The notes under the pieces were generated by a model. The model did not search any database. It had not been told where the DNA came from and worked only from the letters and a program-made list of their open reading frames with translations. A program made the translations under genes and the position numbers. A stretch of DNA of 64,000 nt from an uncultured Chloroflexia bacterium (lineage in GTDB: Bacteria > Chloroflexota > Limnocylindria > Limnocylindrales > CSP1-4), in NCBI GenBank assembly GCA_963712745.1, contig CAVQJC010000017.1, positions 320,001-384,000 on the forward strand. The letters are read 5' to 3'. How positions within the stretch are numbered: the stretch's first letter is position 1; each line of letters starts with the position of its first letter. Of this stretch, positions 48,915 through 58,184 are shown piece by piece.

Positions 48915-50372
48915 TCAGGCGGCGTCGCAGGTGGTGTTCTCGCCCATCGACGGCGTAGCGTCGTCGTGGATCTTGATGCTGGTCATGCCGCCGCAGGCGC
49001 TGTTGCCGTCGACGCTGGGGCTGGTGTTGGCGCCGATGTCGATGCCCATACCGTCGGCCTCGATCTCGTTGTTCGTGATCTCCGGGGAGCCGCCGCCGAA
49101 GAGGACGATGCCGTTCCAGGTATCGCGGATGGTGTTGTCGATGACCTCGGCATCGCTCCAGGAGACCGAGATGGCGATCATCTCGACAGAGATATCGTTG
49201 CCGCTGACGAGTGGCTGTTCAGTCTCCACGTCCGGGCCACCCTCAGCTGACACGCCATCGCCAGCGCCGGCGCTGACTTGGATGCCGTTGCGCGAGCCGC
49301 TGATGGTGTTGTCGCGGATGACAGGGGCGCCGGCCCTATCGATCTGGATCGCAGACGAGATGGCATAGCCCGTGGCGCCAGTGATGGTGTTGCCCTCGAT
49401 GAGGGCATTGGTCGGAACATCCCCCATGACGCCGCCCACGCTGATGCCGCCTCCGCCGGCCAGGGTGTTGTCTCGGATGACCGTGCTGTCGCCCATGCTG
49501 CCGTAGATGCTCGCGCCGTCGCGCAGATCGTTCCTCGCGATGAGCGGCTCAGCGCTATCCGCTGTCTCGATGCTGCCGCCGTTCACGAGGCTATCAGTGA
49601 GCGTGGCCGTCGAGCCCGACCCGATGAGCAGTCCGAAGTCGGCTCCGTCCAAGACCAGGTCGCTCAGCGTGGGCGACCCACCGTCGACGACGATCGCGCC
49701 CGTGTGACCGGTGACCTCACCCTCGGGGCCGGCGAAGGTCAGCCCGCGGACCTCGGCCTGCGTGTCATCCAACAGGAGTGAGTACGCTACCGTGAACTGC
49801 TGGACAGCCCCGCTCTCGGCGAAGTCGAACGTAGGGCCGCCTTCGGGAATGCTGATGACGACCTTCTCGCGGGGACCGTCACCCGCGACGGTGATGTCCT
49901 TGTCGATGACGATGGCCTCGACGTAGCTGCCAGGCTGCACGAGCACGGTGTCACCCGCAGCGGCCGCAGCCACGGCCTCGGCGATGGTGCTGAAGTCACC
50001 CGAGCCATCGGCGGTCACGACGTGGGTCGAGAGCGCGGCCGCTGGCGGCTGAGTGGGGATGGCGTCGATGACGTTCACCGCCACGGCGGTGATGGCGATG
50101 GCCGCGGTGATGGCCGTGGCGCTGTACATGAGTCGGGACCTCCGGTTCATATGGGGTGGATAGTCGTGATCGGCGGTGCGACGTCTCGCACCTCGGCCAC
50201 GGTCGAACCACCGCCCCAGGAACCGGGCCCTGGTCTGGGGGGTCGTCGGGAGCCGAGACAGGGTCTCGTGCATGATGTGGTCGGTATCGGGGGCCGGCAT
50301 GGCCTCATCACGAGCCGCCAGCCAGCGTCGGACCTGCTCGGCTTCGTGCTCGTTCATCCGTGGGTCGCTCAT
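48915..50372 (-). CDS. anti-sigma-like membrane protein with extracellular right-handed beta-helix (pectin lyase/NosD-like) domain
   Basis: coupled to ECF gene; short N-domain, one TM, DGSGDFSTIAEAV..VQPGSYVE, repeated IxxNxI. Confidence 0.75.
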   Translation of the reverse strand: MSDPRMNEHEAEQVRRWLAARDEAMPAPDTDHIMHETLSRLPTTPQTRARFLGRWFDRGRGARRRTADHDYPPHMNRRSRLMYSATAITAAIAITAVAVNVIDAIPTQPPAAALSTHVVTADGSGDFSTIAEAVAAAAAGDTVLVQPGSYVEAIVIDKDITVAGDGPREKVVISIPEGGPTFDFAESGAVQQFTVAYSLLLDDTQAEVRGLTFAGPEGEVTGHTGAIVVDGGSPTLSDLVLDGADFGLLIGSGSTATLTDSLVNGGSIETADSAEPLIARNDLRDGASIYGSMGDSTVIRDNTLAGGGGISVGGVMGDVPTNALIEGNTITGATGYAISSAIQIDRAGAPVIRDNTISGSRNGIQVSAGAGDGVSAEGGPDVETEQPLVSGNDISVEMIAISVSWSDAEVIDNTIRDTWNGIVLFGGGSPEITNNEIEADGMGIDIGANTSPSVDGNSACGGMTSIKIHDDATPSMGENTTCDAA

Positions 50373-50929
50373 GTGCTCGCCTCCGGGCCGCGGCCGAGCG
50401 AGACCGACGGATCGGCACCGGCCATGGCATCGCGGAGTTTGCGCATCGCGTGGTAGAGCCGGGAACGCACGGTTCCCTCGGGGATGTCGAGCGCCCCTGC
50501 GATCTCCGGCAGGGTCATGCCCAGGTAGTGGTGCATCACGACCGCGGCTCGGTGGTCCGTCGAGAGTCCCCGGAAGACGCGCTCAATCTCATCTCGATCG
50601 TGGACTTCCGCATACCCGCCGTGCGTCGCCGGTTCGCGAGTCAGGTCGGTGATGCCGCTCGCTCGCCACCGCTTGGCTCGTCGCGCCTCCGAGTAGCAGG
50701 AGTTGACGAGGACTCGGTAGCTCCAGGCGCCGAATGTGTCGGGCTCGCGCAGCTTGGGCAGCTCCCGCCAGATGCTGAGCAGGGCCTGCTGCGTAGCGTC
50801 TTCCGCCAGGTGTGCGTCGCCGAGGACGCCGCGAGCCACCGCCAGCATTCGGTCGACGACCAATTCGGCCAGCATGGAGAAAGCCCCCTGGTCGCCGGCT
50901 TGCGCTCTGAGCACGAGATCGCGGTCCAT
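50369..50929 (-). CDS. ECF RNA polymerase sigma factor
   Basis: GDQGAF, AEDATQ, FGAWSYR, EIAGALDIPEGTVRSRL. Confidence 0.93.
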   Translation of the reverse strand: MDRDLVLRAQAGDQGAFSMLAELVVDRMLAVARGVLGDAHLAEDATQQALLSIWRELPKLREPDTFGAWSYRVLVNSCYSEARRAKRWRASGITDLTREPATHGGYAEVHDRDEIERVFRGLSTDHRAAVVMHHYLGMTLPEIAGALDIPEGTVRSRLYHAMRKLRDAMAGADPSVSLGRGPEAST

Positions 50930-51048
50930 GCCTCTCCCGATGGTGCACCCGCCTGTCGAGCGCACTTACCCATACAGACGCAGGCGGCCGTGGAACCGAC
51001 TCAATGGTCACGCCAGGACGTGTGTGGGCTAGGCTTGGGGCTTCCACG

Positions 51049-51155
51049 GGGCCGGTAGCTCAGCGGTCAGAGCAGGGGACTTTTTAGCATTCCGGGCTCA
51101 ACGCTGCAGCCCCCTGCGTGGAGGGGCGAGCGTACGGGGCACAGTTATCGTCTGT
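51049..51155 (+). repeat. 5' half of tRNA-Lys plus conserved hairpin; att-like site copy 2
   Basis: 37/38 match to tRNA 5' half; diverges at the same anticodon-loop position as copy 1. Confidence 0.9.
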
Positions 51156-51322
51156 AGATGAGCACGAGTCACGCGCTCCACAGCGAGGCTCGGCTCTGGC
51201 TGGCGTCAAGGCCCGGCCTCAGCGAGAAATCGAGGGAACAGTTCGGCCTTCCGTTGCCCCATAAGATGCGTACAGGCCATCATCGATACCGGCACCGATG
51301 AGCTGACGGCTACAGACGCCGG

Positions 51323-51898
51323 ATGGGGGGTTCGGTGGATTCCGACCTCGTGGTCCAGGCACAGGGCGGCGACCACGCTGCGTTCGAGCGGCTCGCGCTC
51401 GTGGTCAGCGATCGCGTCCATGGCATCGCGTTCAACATCCTGCGCGACTCCGACCAGGCCGAAGACGCCACGCAGCAGACACTCCTGGCCGTCTGGCGGG
51501 ACCTCCCACAGCTACGCGATCCGGCCCGTTTCGAAGCCTGGGTCTACCGGATCGCTGTCCGTGCCTGCCACGCCGAAGCCCGCCGCACCCGGCGCTGGCT
51601 GTCGCTCGTCTCGCCCTGGTCTGGCGGAGGCCCCACGGTCTCTGACGCCGACCTCGATGCGGTCGCCGACCGGGACCAGTTCGACCGAGCCTTCCGTCGC
51701 CTCTCGGTGGACCAGCGCACGGTCATCGTGCTGCACCACTACCTCGGGCTGACGATCGAGCAGGTCGCCGAAACGGTCGGGGTCTCGGATGGCACGGTCA
51801 AATCCCGACTCAGCCGAGCCTGCGCGAGGCTCCGGACGGCCCTGGTGGCCGATGCGACCGACACCGGTGAGACCACACGCATGGGGCTGATCCGATGA
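51323..51898 (+). CDS. ECF RNA polymerase sigma factor
   Basis: GDHAAF, AEDATQ, FEAWVYRI, VAETVGVSDGTVKSRL. Confidence 0.93.
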   Translation: MGGSVDSDLVVQAQGGDHAAFERLALVVSDRVHGIAFNILRDSDQAEDATQQTLLAVWRDLPQLRDPARFEAWVYRIAVRACHAEARRTRRWLSLVSPWSGGGPTVSDADLDAVADRDQFDRAFRRLSVDQRTVIVLHHYLGLTIEQVAETVGVSDGTVKSRLSRACARLRTALVADATDTGETTRMGLIR

Positions 51899-53529
51899 GT
51901 GCCGAGCGCGACCTCAACGACATCCTCGAAGCGCGTCTGCGCGACGTCCCACCACTCCGTCCGACAGTCCTCAGCGACGTCTTCGATCAGACCCGGATGA
52001 TGCCGCAGCGCCGACATCGGTGGCCGCTCCATCTCCTCCAAGGTCGCACCGAGCGCCTCACGGATGTATCGGCTACGGATGCGGTTCCTGCTGCAGTTCC
52101 AGATACGGATGGGCGACAGCCCGTAAGGGGGTCCACGATGTTCTCCGCACTCAAGTTCATCGCCGCTGGCGTCATCGTGGCGCTGTTCGGCGGCTTCCTG
52201 CTCGCAGGCCTTCTGACGGTGCCGAGCGACGACGAGGCCCCTCCGGCGGCGGTGACCGAGTCACCCTCGCCTACGACGACCGAGGAGTTGCTCTCGGGCA
52301 TGGTCACGGAGGAAGTCGAGCCGGGGGTGTTCCGGCTCCTCGACGATGGTGCAGGGCACCCCATGGGAGCGGAGGACGTGACCAACTACGCCACACCCTA
52401 CGTCGGCCCTGATGGAGCCGTCTGGGTCCGCGCCGGGGTGAGTGACATGGACGGCGACACCGTGATGTGGCGACTCGGCGTGCCGGGCCGCCACCAGCAG
52501 TCACCGGAGAGAGGCTTCTCCGACCCGTCCGACTTCGCCACGGCCCCTGATGGAACGCTGTGGGTCGCTGGCTACGCCTACCTCTCCTCCTACGATGGCG
52601 ACTCGTGGACCGAGCATCGGGTCGCGAAGGACCCGTCCAGGGAGTGGCCGCCGAATGCCACGGCGGTCGAGGTCTTGCCCGACGGGACCGTCTGGGCGGC
52701 GTGGGAAGACCGCCTCGGGCGACTCGACGCCGAAGGCTGGCACTACCACCACCCCGCCATGGAGGAGGACGAACGGCTATCGGACCTCCGCGTCCTGCCC
52801 GATGGGTCCATCCTCGCCTTCATGTGGCACGGCCGCATGCTCCGCTTCGACGGAGCCGCGTGGCAGGAGGTCCCGATGCCGGACGTCGGTGCGGCGACCC
52901 GCGTCAGCGGCATCCGCATCGGCTCTGATGGCACCCTCTGGGTGCACTTCATCTCACGTTCGACGGCCCCCGTGCGCGGGAGCGAACCGCGGACGGATTG
53001 GTGGGGCAGCGACGAGGTCCCACAGGACCACCTGGCCCGCTTCGACGGCAAAGCGTGGACGACCTACTCGGCCACCGACGGCCTGCCTCGACTCACCCAT
53101 TCGTCCAGACCTGAGCCGGAATGGGACGTGCATCCCGATGGTTCGGTGTGGGTCCTCGCCGACCCGGAGCAGACCACGGTGTCCGACCCTGGTTCACTCC
53201 TGTGGACGCTGATGTCCTTCGATGGCAAGACATGGACCGAGTGGCCTGATGGGATCGAGTTGCTCGATGTCGGAAGCGACAAGGTCGAGTTGCTCGACAT
53301 CGGTCCTGATGGGACCGTCTGGATGGGCAAGCCCGGTCCAGACCACGAGGAGCGCCTCCATCTCGCATCGCTCGACGGCACCACCTGGCGGCAGTACCCA
53401 CGACTCCTAGTCACAGGTGGAGACCCAGACTGGGATAGCCTCGAGGTCGCCCCGGACGGCAGCGTATGGGTGAAGGCCGACGATGACCGCGGCCTCTACG
53501 TCATCACCCCCGAGGCCGTGGCGGAGTAG
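51895..53529 (+). CDS. anti-sigma-like membrane protein with extracellular beta-propeller
   Basis: ATGA overlap with ECF; TM FIAAGVIVALFGGFLLAGLL; repeated PDGTxW and FDGxxW. Confidence 0.78.
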   Translation: MSAERDLNDILEARLRDVPPLRPTVLSDVFDQTRMMPQRRHRWPLHLLQGRTERLTDVSATDAVPAAVPDTDGRQPVRGSTMFSALKFIAAGVIVALFGGFLLAGLLTVPSDDEAPPAAVTESPSPTTTEELLSGMVTEEVEPGVFRLLDDGAGHPMGAEDVTNYATPYVGPDGAVWVRAGVSDMDGDTVMWRLGVPGRHQQSPERGFSDPSDFATAPDGTLWVAGYAYLSSYDGDSWTEHRVAKDPSREWPPNATAVEVLPDGTVWAAWEDRLGRLDAEGWHYHHPAMEEDERLSDLRVLPDGSILAFMWHGRMLRFDGAAWQEVPMPDVGAATRVSGIRIGSDGTLWVHFISRSTAPVRGSEPRTDWWGSDEVPQDHLARFDGKAWTTYSATDGLPRLTHSSRPEPEWDVHPDGSVWVLADPEQTTVSDPGSLLWTLMSFDGKTWTEWPDGIELLDVGSDKVELLDIGPDGTVWMGKPGPDHEERLHLASLDGTTWRQYPRLLVTGGDPDWDSLEVAPDGSVWVKADDDRGLYVITPEAVAE

Positions 53530-53641
53530 GCTCGCGGCAGACGATCCGGCAGCCCCATGCACATCGGTAGCTACGTGGGCTGAACTGCAGCAAGCGCAGC
53601 CATATCCGCCTAAGAGGGGACCATAGCTGGCCTCTGTTGCT

Positions 53642-53755
53642 CCGTAGAGCCGACAAGTGGACTGCTATCAGCGCACGTCCGGAGGGCTTCCTGAGCGTAG
53701 CTGGAGCCCGTGACGAGGGTCCAGACAGCCGGTGGCTGGTCGATGTGTTCGCGTC
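53642..53755 (+). repeat. ~110-bp conserved element, copy A
   Basis: roughly 80% identical by eye to the reverse complement of 54275-54384. Confidence 0.85.
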
Positions 53756-53942
53756 GAAGGTCGCGGGCATTGCTGGGCATGACCGTCGAGAGGACGTATC
53801 GGGTCAAGCCCTCCACGGCCTTGGCGTACGTCCTGACCGTCTGGTCGGCCATGTTGGCGGCCAGCAGGCTCCGTTCGAAGGATCCGAGATCGACGAGGAG
53901 GGGCGGGGTAGCATGTGCTGCGGTGAGAGCTTCGGCTGGCAT
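53745..53942 (-). pseudogene. tyrosine integrase N-terminal (SAM-like) remnant
   Basis: SFERSLLAANMADQTVRTYAKAV..DLRREHI, similarity lost at the 110-bp element. Confidence 0.65.
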
Positions 53943-54073
53943 CGAACGGACCTTTCGCTGGGAGGTGGGCGCCTCCCACGATCACTGTCTGTTCGACCGT
54001 TGCAGCCAGAGATCTTATCGGTGCATGGATCAGCTATCGGCTCTATCGGAGCACGAAACTGGCCAGAAACCTC

Positions 54074-54149
54074 GGGCCGGTAGCTCAGCGGTCAGAGCAG
54101 GGGACTTTTAATCCTCGTGTCCTGGGTTCGAATCCCAGCCGGCTCACCA
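54074..54149 (+). tRNA. tRNA-Lys (TTT)
   Basis: GGGCCGG/CCGGCTC acceptor, TAGCTCAG, GGGGA-CTTTTAA-TCCTC anticodon arm, GGTTCGAATCC, encoded CCA. Confidence 0.98.
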
Positions 54150-54215
54150 CTTCTTTCGGGTATCCACGCTCCGATGCGAGGTAATCCCTCGCTCGTGCGG
54201 CCTTCCTGGAACGGC

Positions 54216-54237
54216 TGACAGCCACGTTGACAGCAAC
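54216..54237. repeat. tandem 10-bp repeats, probable integrase arm-binding sites
   Basis: TGACAGCCAC-GT-TGACAGCAAC 67 bp downstream of the tRNA. Confidence 0.55.
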
Positions 54238-54274
54238 GTCAGACGCACTCAGTCGTATGCAGAGCACGTCTGTG

Positions 54275-54384
54275 GACGCGATATCGGACAGCCACCGGCC
54301 GTCTGGACCCTGATTGCGGGCTTCAGCAACGCTCAGCCAGCCTTCCGGACGTGCGCCGGATGCTGTCACTTTTCGGCTCTACGG
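54275..54384 (-). repeat. ~110-bp conserved element, copy B (inverted)
   Basis: reads CCGTAGAGCCGA..GCGCACGTCCGGA..AGGGTCCAGAC..GCCGGTGGCTG on minus strand as in copy A. Confidence 0.85.
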
Positions 54385-54448
54385 GACTTGAAGAGCTGCT
54401 GGAGAAACCGGTACCGCTGTGCCGGCCGCGGACCTGCGGACCGGTCGA

Positions 54449-56038
54449 TCACCGCTCGGCAAGGCCCGAGTCCGAAGCCGGGAGATCGTCGAACGTGATG
54501 ATCCAGTGGTCACGCTGCCACCCGTTGGACTCCTCGTCCTCGTAGACCGAGTGCGCGATGGTGTTGCCGCTGATCGGAGCGATCCCCGCACCGCCCGCCC
54601 CAAAGGTGTCGGTCTTCAGGCCCAGCGGGACGTTGACCACGGTCGGTTCCGCGGAGTCGGCCGAGTGGAAGACCATGCTGCCACCGGTGAGCTCCACCCA
54701 GGTCGACCCCAACGGGGCCACGAAGAAGGCCTGTGGCCGCTGCGGGACCTGTTGCCATTCGACGCCATCGGATGACACCCACTCCTCCGACTCCTGCCTC
54801 GCCTCGTCGAAGCTCCAGGTCACCACCCCGTTCGGCTTCCGGACGCCCATCTCCGGGTCTGCTGGCAGCAGTCCCTGGACTCCCGCCGGCTCACCGGGTT
54901 CGTCTCCGAGGACTTCACCGAGCGTCCACTCCCCGCCATCTGGCGACGTCCATGTCTGGATCATCCCGTCGGCTCTCATCGCGAGCGCTGTGAAGCCGCC
55001 ATCGGACCCAGACACGACGAAGGCTTGAGTGGACGTCCCGGAGTCGGGCTCGGGCAGCTCGACGGACCCGACTCGACCATCCCGTACGAGTCCCATCTGC
55101 TGTACGGCCGGGGGATAGCCGTCGCCCACGGCCCAGCGCTCGACGAAATCGATGCCCACACCCTCGAGCGTTTTGAGCTCGGCGCCCGTGGCAGCGTCGA
55201 CCACGCGAAGGCCAGCATCGGTCTCCTCGAACCGGAGGGTGGCGTGCTCGTCGTCGTACGCACCCAGGACCCGGTAGCTGCCGTCATCGATGCGCTCGAG
55301 CCGGGCGAACTCGCCACGCTGGTCCTCCCCTTCGGGATGGGACGGTAGCCCCAGGAAGCTCGTGGCGTTCGTCACCCCGAACTCAAGCGGCACGACGATG
55401 GCATCCCCGGAGGCCGCGACACCTCCAAGGTCAAGCCGCCAGTCGATGGCCGCGGGTGAGGGCGGCTCCACGCCGGTCAGGTCGACCGCCTCCCACTCGA
55501 GCGCATCGGTCGATCGCCATAATGACGGCAGAGCGAGGCTGCCGGGCTCGTACGTGGAGAAGTCGTGCGCCGTGAGCCAGTACTCGCCGCCGGCCTGGGT
55601 GAGGCTGAGCTCCTCGAAGTCGGCCTCGATGGGTAGTGGCCTGCGCGTCCACTCAAGCAGGTCCGGCGAGAACCACAGGTGCTGGCAGTTGTGTTCCGAC
55701 GGGCACGGTCCGTAGATGTGGCCGGGCCCGTCGAGCGATACATATCCGCCTTGGACCGGGATAGGGCGCAACACGTCGGGAAGCGACTCTGCATCTCCGC
55801 TCAGATGGACCCAACGCGTGGACCCGAGCGGCGTGTCCAGCGTGTGCGACTCGATGTCCTCCGGGATCTCCGCCGGCAGCTCGATCGGCCGGGTGGTCGT
55901 CGACGACGGCGATGCAGACACACCGACCGCCGGTGCCAACTCGTCGTTCGGCTGGGTCGTCATCACTCCTGCCAGCAGGAAGCCGCCGAACAGGGCCACG
56001 ATGGCACCGGCGACGACGAACTTGGTCGCACTGAACAT
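54449..56038 (-). CDS. anti-sigma-like membrane/secreted protein lacking its cytoplasmic N-domain
   Basis: MFSATKFVVAGAIVALFGGFLLAG nearly matches the TM of 51895-53529; WxSxDxxxW (BNR-like) repeats. Confidence 0.7.
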   Translation of the reverse strand: MFSATKFVVAGAIVALFGGFLLAGVMTTQPNDELAPAVGVSASPSSTTTRPIELPAEIPEDIESHTLDTPLGSTRWVHLSGDAESLPDVLRPIPVQGGYVSLDGPGHIYGPCPSEHNCQHLWFSPDLLEWTRRPLPIEADFEELSLTQAGGEYWLTAHDFSTYEPGSLALPSLWRSTDALEWEAVDLTGVEPPSPAAIDWRLDLGGVAASGDAIVVPLEFGVTNATSFLGLPSHPEGEDQRGEFARLERIDDGSYRVLGAYDDEHATLRFEETDAGLRVVDAATGAELKTLEGVGIDFVERWAVGDGYPPAVQQMGLVRDGRVGSVELPEPDSGTSTQAFVVSGSDGGFTALAMRADGMIQTWTSPDGGEWTLGEVLGDEPGEPAGVQGLLPADPEMGVRKPNGVVTWSFDEARQESEEWVSSDGVEWQQVPQRPQAFFVAPLGSTWVELTGGSMVFHSADSAEPTVVNVPLGLKTDTFGAGGAGIAPISGNTIAHSVYEDEESNGWQRDHWIITFDDLPASDSGLAER

Positions 56039-56055
56039 GGACTGGAACCTCCCTT

Positions 56056-56235
56056 GCCAGGCGGTGACGAACGCATCGTGGACGGCATCCCTGGCCTCAC
56101 TGGGGTCGCCCAGGATGGCACTGGCGAGCCGATAGCTGTCCGAGAGCTGGCGCGTGGCGAGCCGCCGGAAGGCGACGGCCTTCTCGTCGGCCCGCACGCC
56201 CTCTGCCGGATGGCCAGTGACTTGATCGTCCAGAG
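56056..56235 (-). pseudogene. truncated ECF sigma factor (region 2 start only)
   Basis: AFRRL..SYRLASAILGDPSEARDAVHDAFVTAW, then abrupt switch to anti-sigma sequence. Confidence 0.75.
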
Positions 56236-56362
56236 CCTGCCTCGTCGTATTGGTGACCGTGCGCGTTGGCACCCTTCGTTCGGCGTCCACAATGACATGA
56301 CGATCGGCGCACCCGAAACATTCATTCAGAGCTGCCCAACGTGGAGTGTTTGGGCGATCGCA

Positions 56363-56592
56363 TGCGGTCTGCTTCTGGCGCTGCTCGAGCACATGCCCGT
56401 ACGTATTCGACGTCAGCACGATCGAGTCGTGCCCGAGGAGGTTCTTCACTTCCTCGAGCGTGAAGCCCTGGGCGAGCAGGAATGTGGCAGCCGAGTGGCG
56501 GAGGTCGTGGAAGCGGCGATGGGGGAGGCCAGCGTTCGGATAGGGCCCGCTGGAAGGCCCGGGTCACCGTCGCCGTATCGAGTGGGTGTGCC
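56363..56592 (-). pseudogene. tyrosine integrase catalytic C-terminal remnant (one +1 frameshift ~56534)
   Basis: RFHDLRHSAATFLLAQG..LLGHDSIVLTSNTYGHV. Confidence 0.88.
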
Positions 56593-56747
56593 TCGGCTCG
56601 TCGTGAAGACGTGCCCTGACCGGCTTCAGCGCGACCCTGCAACGAACCGCCACGAGGATGAGCGGCGTGAGGACGAGCCGCCAGTAGTGCGGGGCCGTCC
56701 AGATCTGTTGGGCTGGGAAGAGCCCCCGCTGCGCGAGAGCAGCAGCG

Positions 56748-57437
56748 TCAGCCGCATACAGCGCCGATGCCTTCTCCTGGCTCATGGCCTTGTAGGTGCG
56801 TACCTCGATCGGCGCGCCCGGTTGAGATGGACCTGTGACAACCGCGAGTCACGGTCTCCGGTGGCTTCGTCCGGACACGATCGGGCCGTAACGTTGGGGG
56901 ACGAATGGCGACCAGGCTTGTTGGGCTCCTACGCATGAACCGTCCCCCCGACGCATGACCGTCGGGAGCCTGACGTCGGGTGTCGAACACGATGGATCCG
57001 GGATCCTCGGGGAGGACCATTCCCTCGGACCGCGTGTCGTTCCCGGCGCCGCCGACGAGCAGGTGACCGAACATCTCGAGACTGGCCGCTTCATGACCAT
57101 GGCCGCCGAGATACGCGCCGCTGGTCTGCTGGCCGGCGGTGTCGTGCGCGTGGCCCGCGACGCGGACGCCACCGGCCTCCGGTCCTAGCGGGAATGCGAC
57201 GGGTGTCGAGTCGGCGCTCTTGTGGGTGGGGATAGTCCATGGCGCCAGCGGATCGGCTAACTGGGCATCGTTGCCATCGGACCCGAGTTCGAGGTCCTCC
57301 CAGTCGCTGACGTAGAACTTGATGCCGGCCCACGTCGGCTTCCGCCTTGCCAGCCATTCCAGGCCGGCCCCGAGCAAGAGCATCGGCACGAAGAAGACGA
57401 CGAGCAGGACCGTGAGTTCAAACAGAGCTTCTTGCAC
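56748..57437 (-). CDS. hypothetical protein with N-terminal TM (3' part doubtful)
   Basis: GTG 57437 with GGGAGAG RBS and hydrophobic helix; distal half overlaps a plausible + ORF (56955-57188). Confidence 0.35.
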   Translation of the reverse strand: MQEALFELTVLLVVFFVPMLLLGAGLEWLARRKPTWAGIKFYVSDWEDLELGSDGNDAQLADPLAPWTIPTHKSADSTPVAFPLGPEAGGVRVAGHAHDTAGQQTSGAYLGGHGHEAASLEMFGHLLVGGAGNDTRSEGMVLPEDPGSIVFDTRRQAPDGHASGGRFMRRSPTSLVAIRPPTLRPDRVRTKPPETVTRGCHRSISTGRADRGTHLQGHEPGEGIGAVCG

Positions 57438-57773
57438 GAAGCTCTCCCTTTCCACCTGACGGTCGCACGTTGTTGCAGCGGAGTCCGCCACTCGATGCTC
57501 CCGTACGGTGAAGTGTTGCCTCCACGCACCACCGGTGTCATGACGGCCCGTCATCTCCATGGCACCGCCCCATAGGCTTCCCCGACCGTGCCCTCTCGCG
57601 GCTCACGCGAGCGATGGGAGGCTGAGCACCGCCCACCCGGGAAGGCTCGTCGCGGTGACATCATTCCTGGCCGATGCCTTCATGGGACGGTGCTGAACGC
57701 ATCACCGTCGCGGTCGACCGCCTCGCGAAACTGGCGTAGGCTGGGCTCGTCGTACCCCGCCGTGGGGGCTGAC

Positions 57774-58184
57774 ATGAAAGGTGTGGCCGTGCGCTTCGGC
57801 GAACTCAGAGGCCTCACGAGCCTGCCCATCCGCGCGCTCCGTGAGCAGTTCCGCTACGAGGAGGTGCTGACCGTCCTGCCGGTGCAGGACGGGGTCACCG
57901 GACGCGAGACGCTCCTCGTCGCCACGCGCACGATGCTCGCGCTGTTGACCGCGCTGCGCGTGCCCCGTGGCCACTGGATGACACGCTGGGCACCGTGGGA
58001 CACGGTCGCGATCGCCGACCCGGCGGCGCCGCCCGGGCAGGACGATGACGTGTTCCGGCTGACCGTGCTCGTGGGTGGCCAGATGTTCCACGCACAGCTA
58101 CGCGGGGAGCCCGGTCGCAAGGCACTACGCGACTTCGTGGTGGCGGTCCGCACGATGCGGCCGAAGAAGGCCGCGAGGCGGTGA
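57774..58184 (+). CDS. hypothetical protein
   Basis: 136-aa ORF with strong GC3 bias, GGGGG RBS. Confidence 0.65.
   Translation: MKGVAVRFGELRGLTSLPIRALREQFRYEEVLTVLPVQDGVTGRETLLVATRTMLALLTALRVPRGHWMTRWAPWDTVAIADPAAPPGQDDDVFRLTVLVGGQMFHAQLRGEPGRKALRDFVVAVRTMRPKKAARR

Noticed and set aside
48411-51155. Intron-split tRNA or extra tRNA genes
   Set aside because: No separate 3' exon or group I core visible; an intact tRNA-Lys is at 54074, so these are att-like remnants
48411-54149. CRISPR-like array from the 38-nt repeats
   Set aside because: Spacing is kilobases, the repeats are tRNA-derived and there are no cas genes
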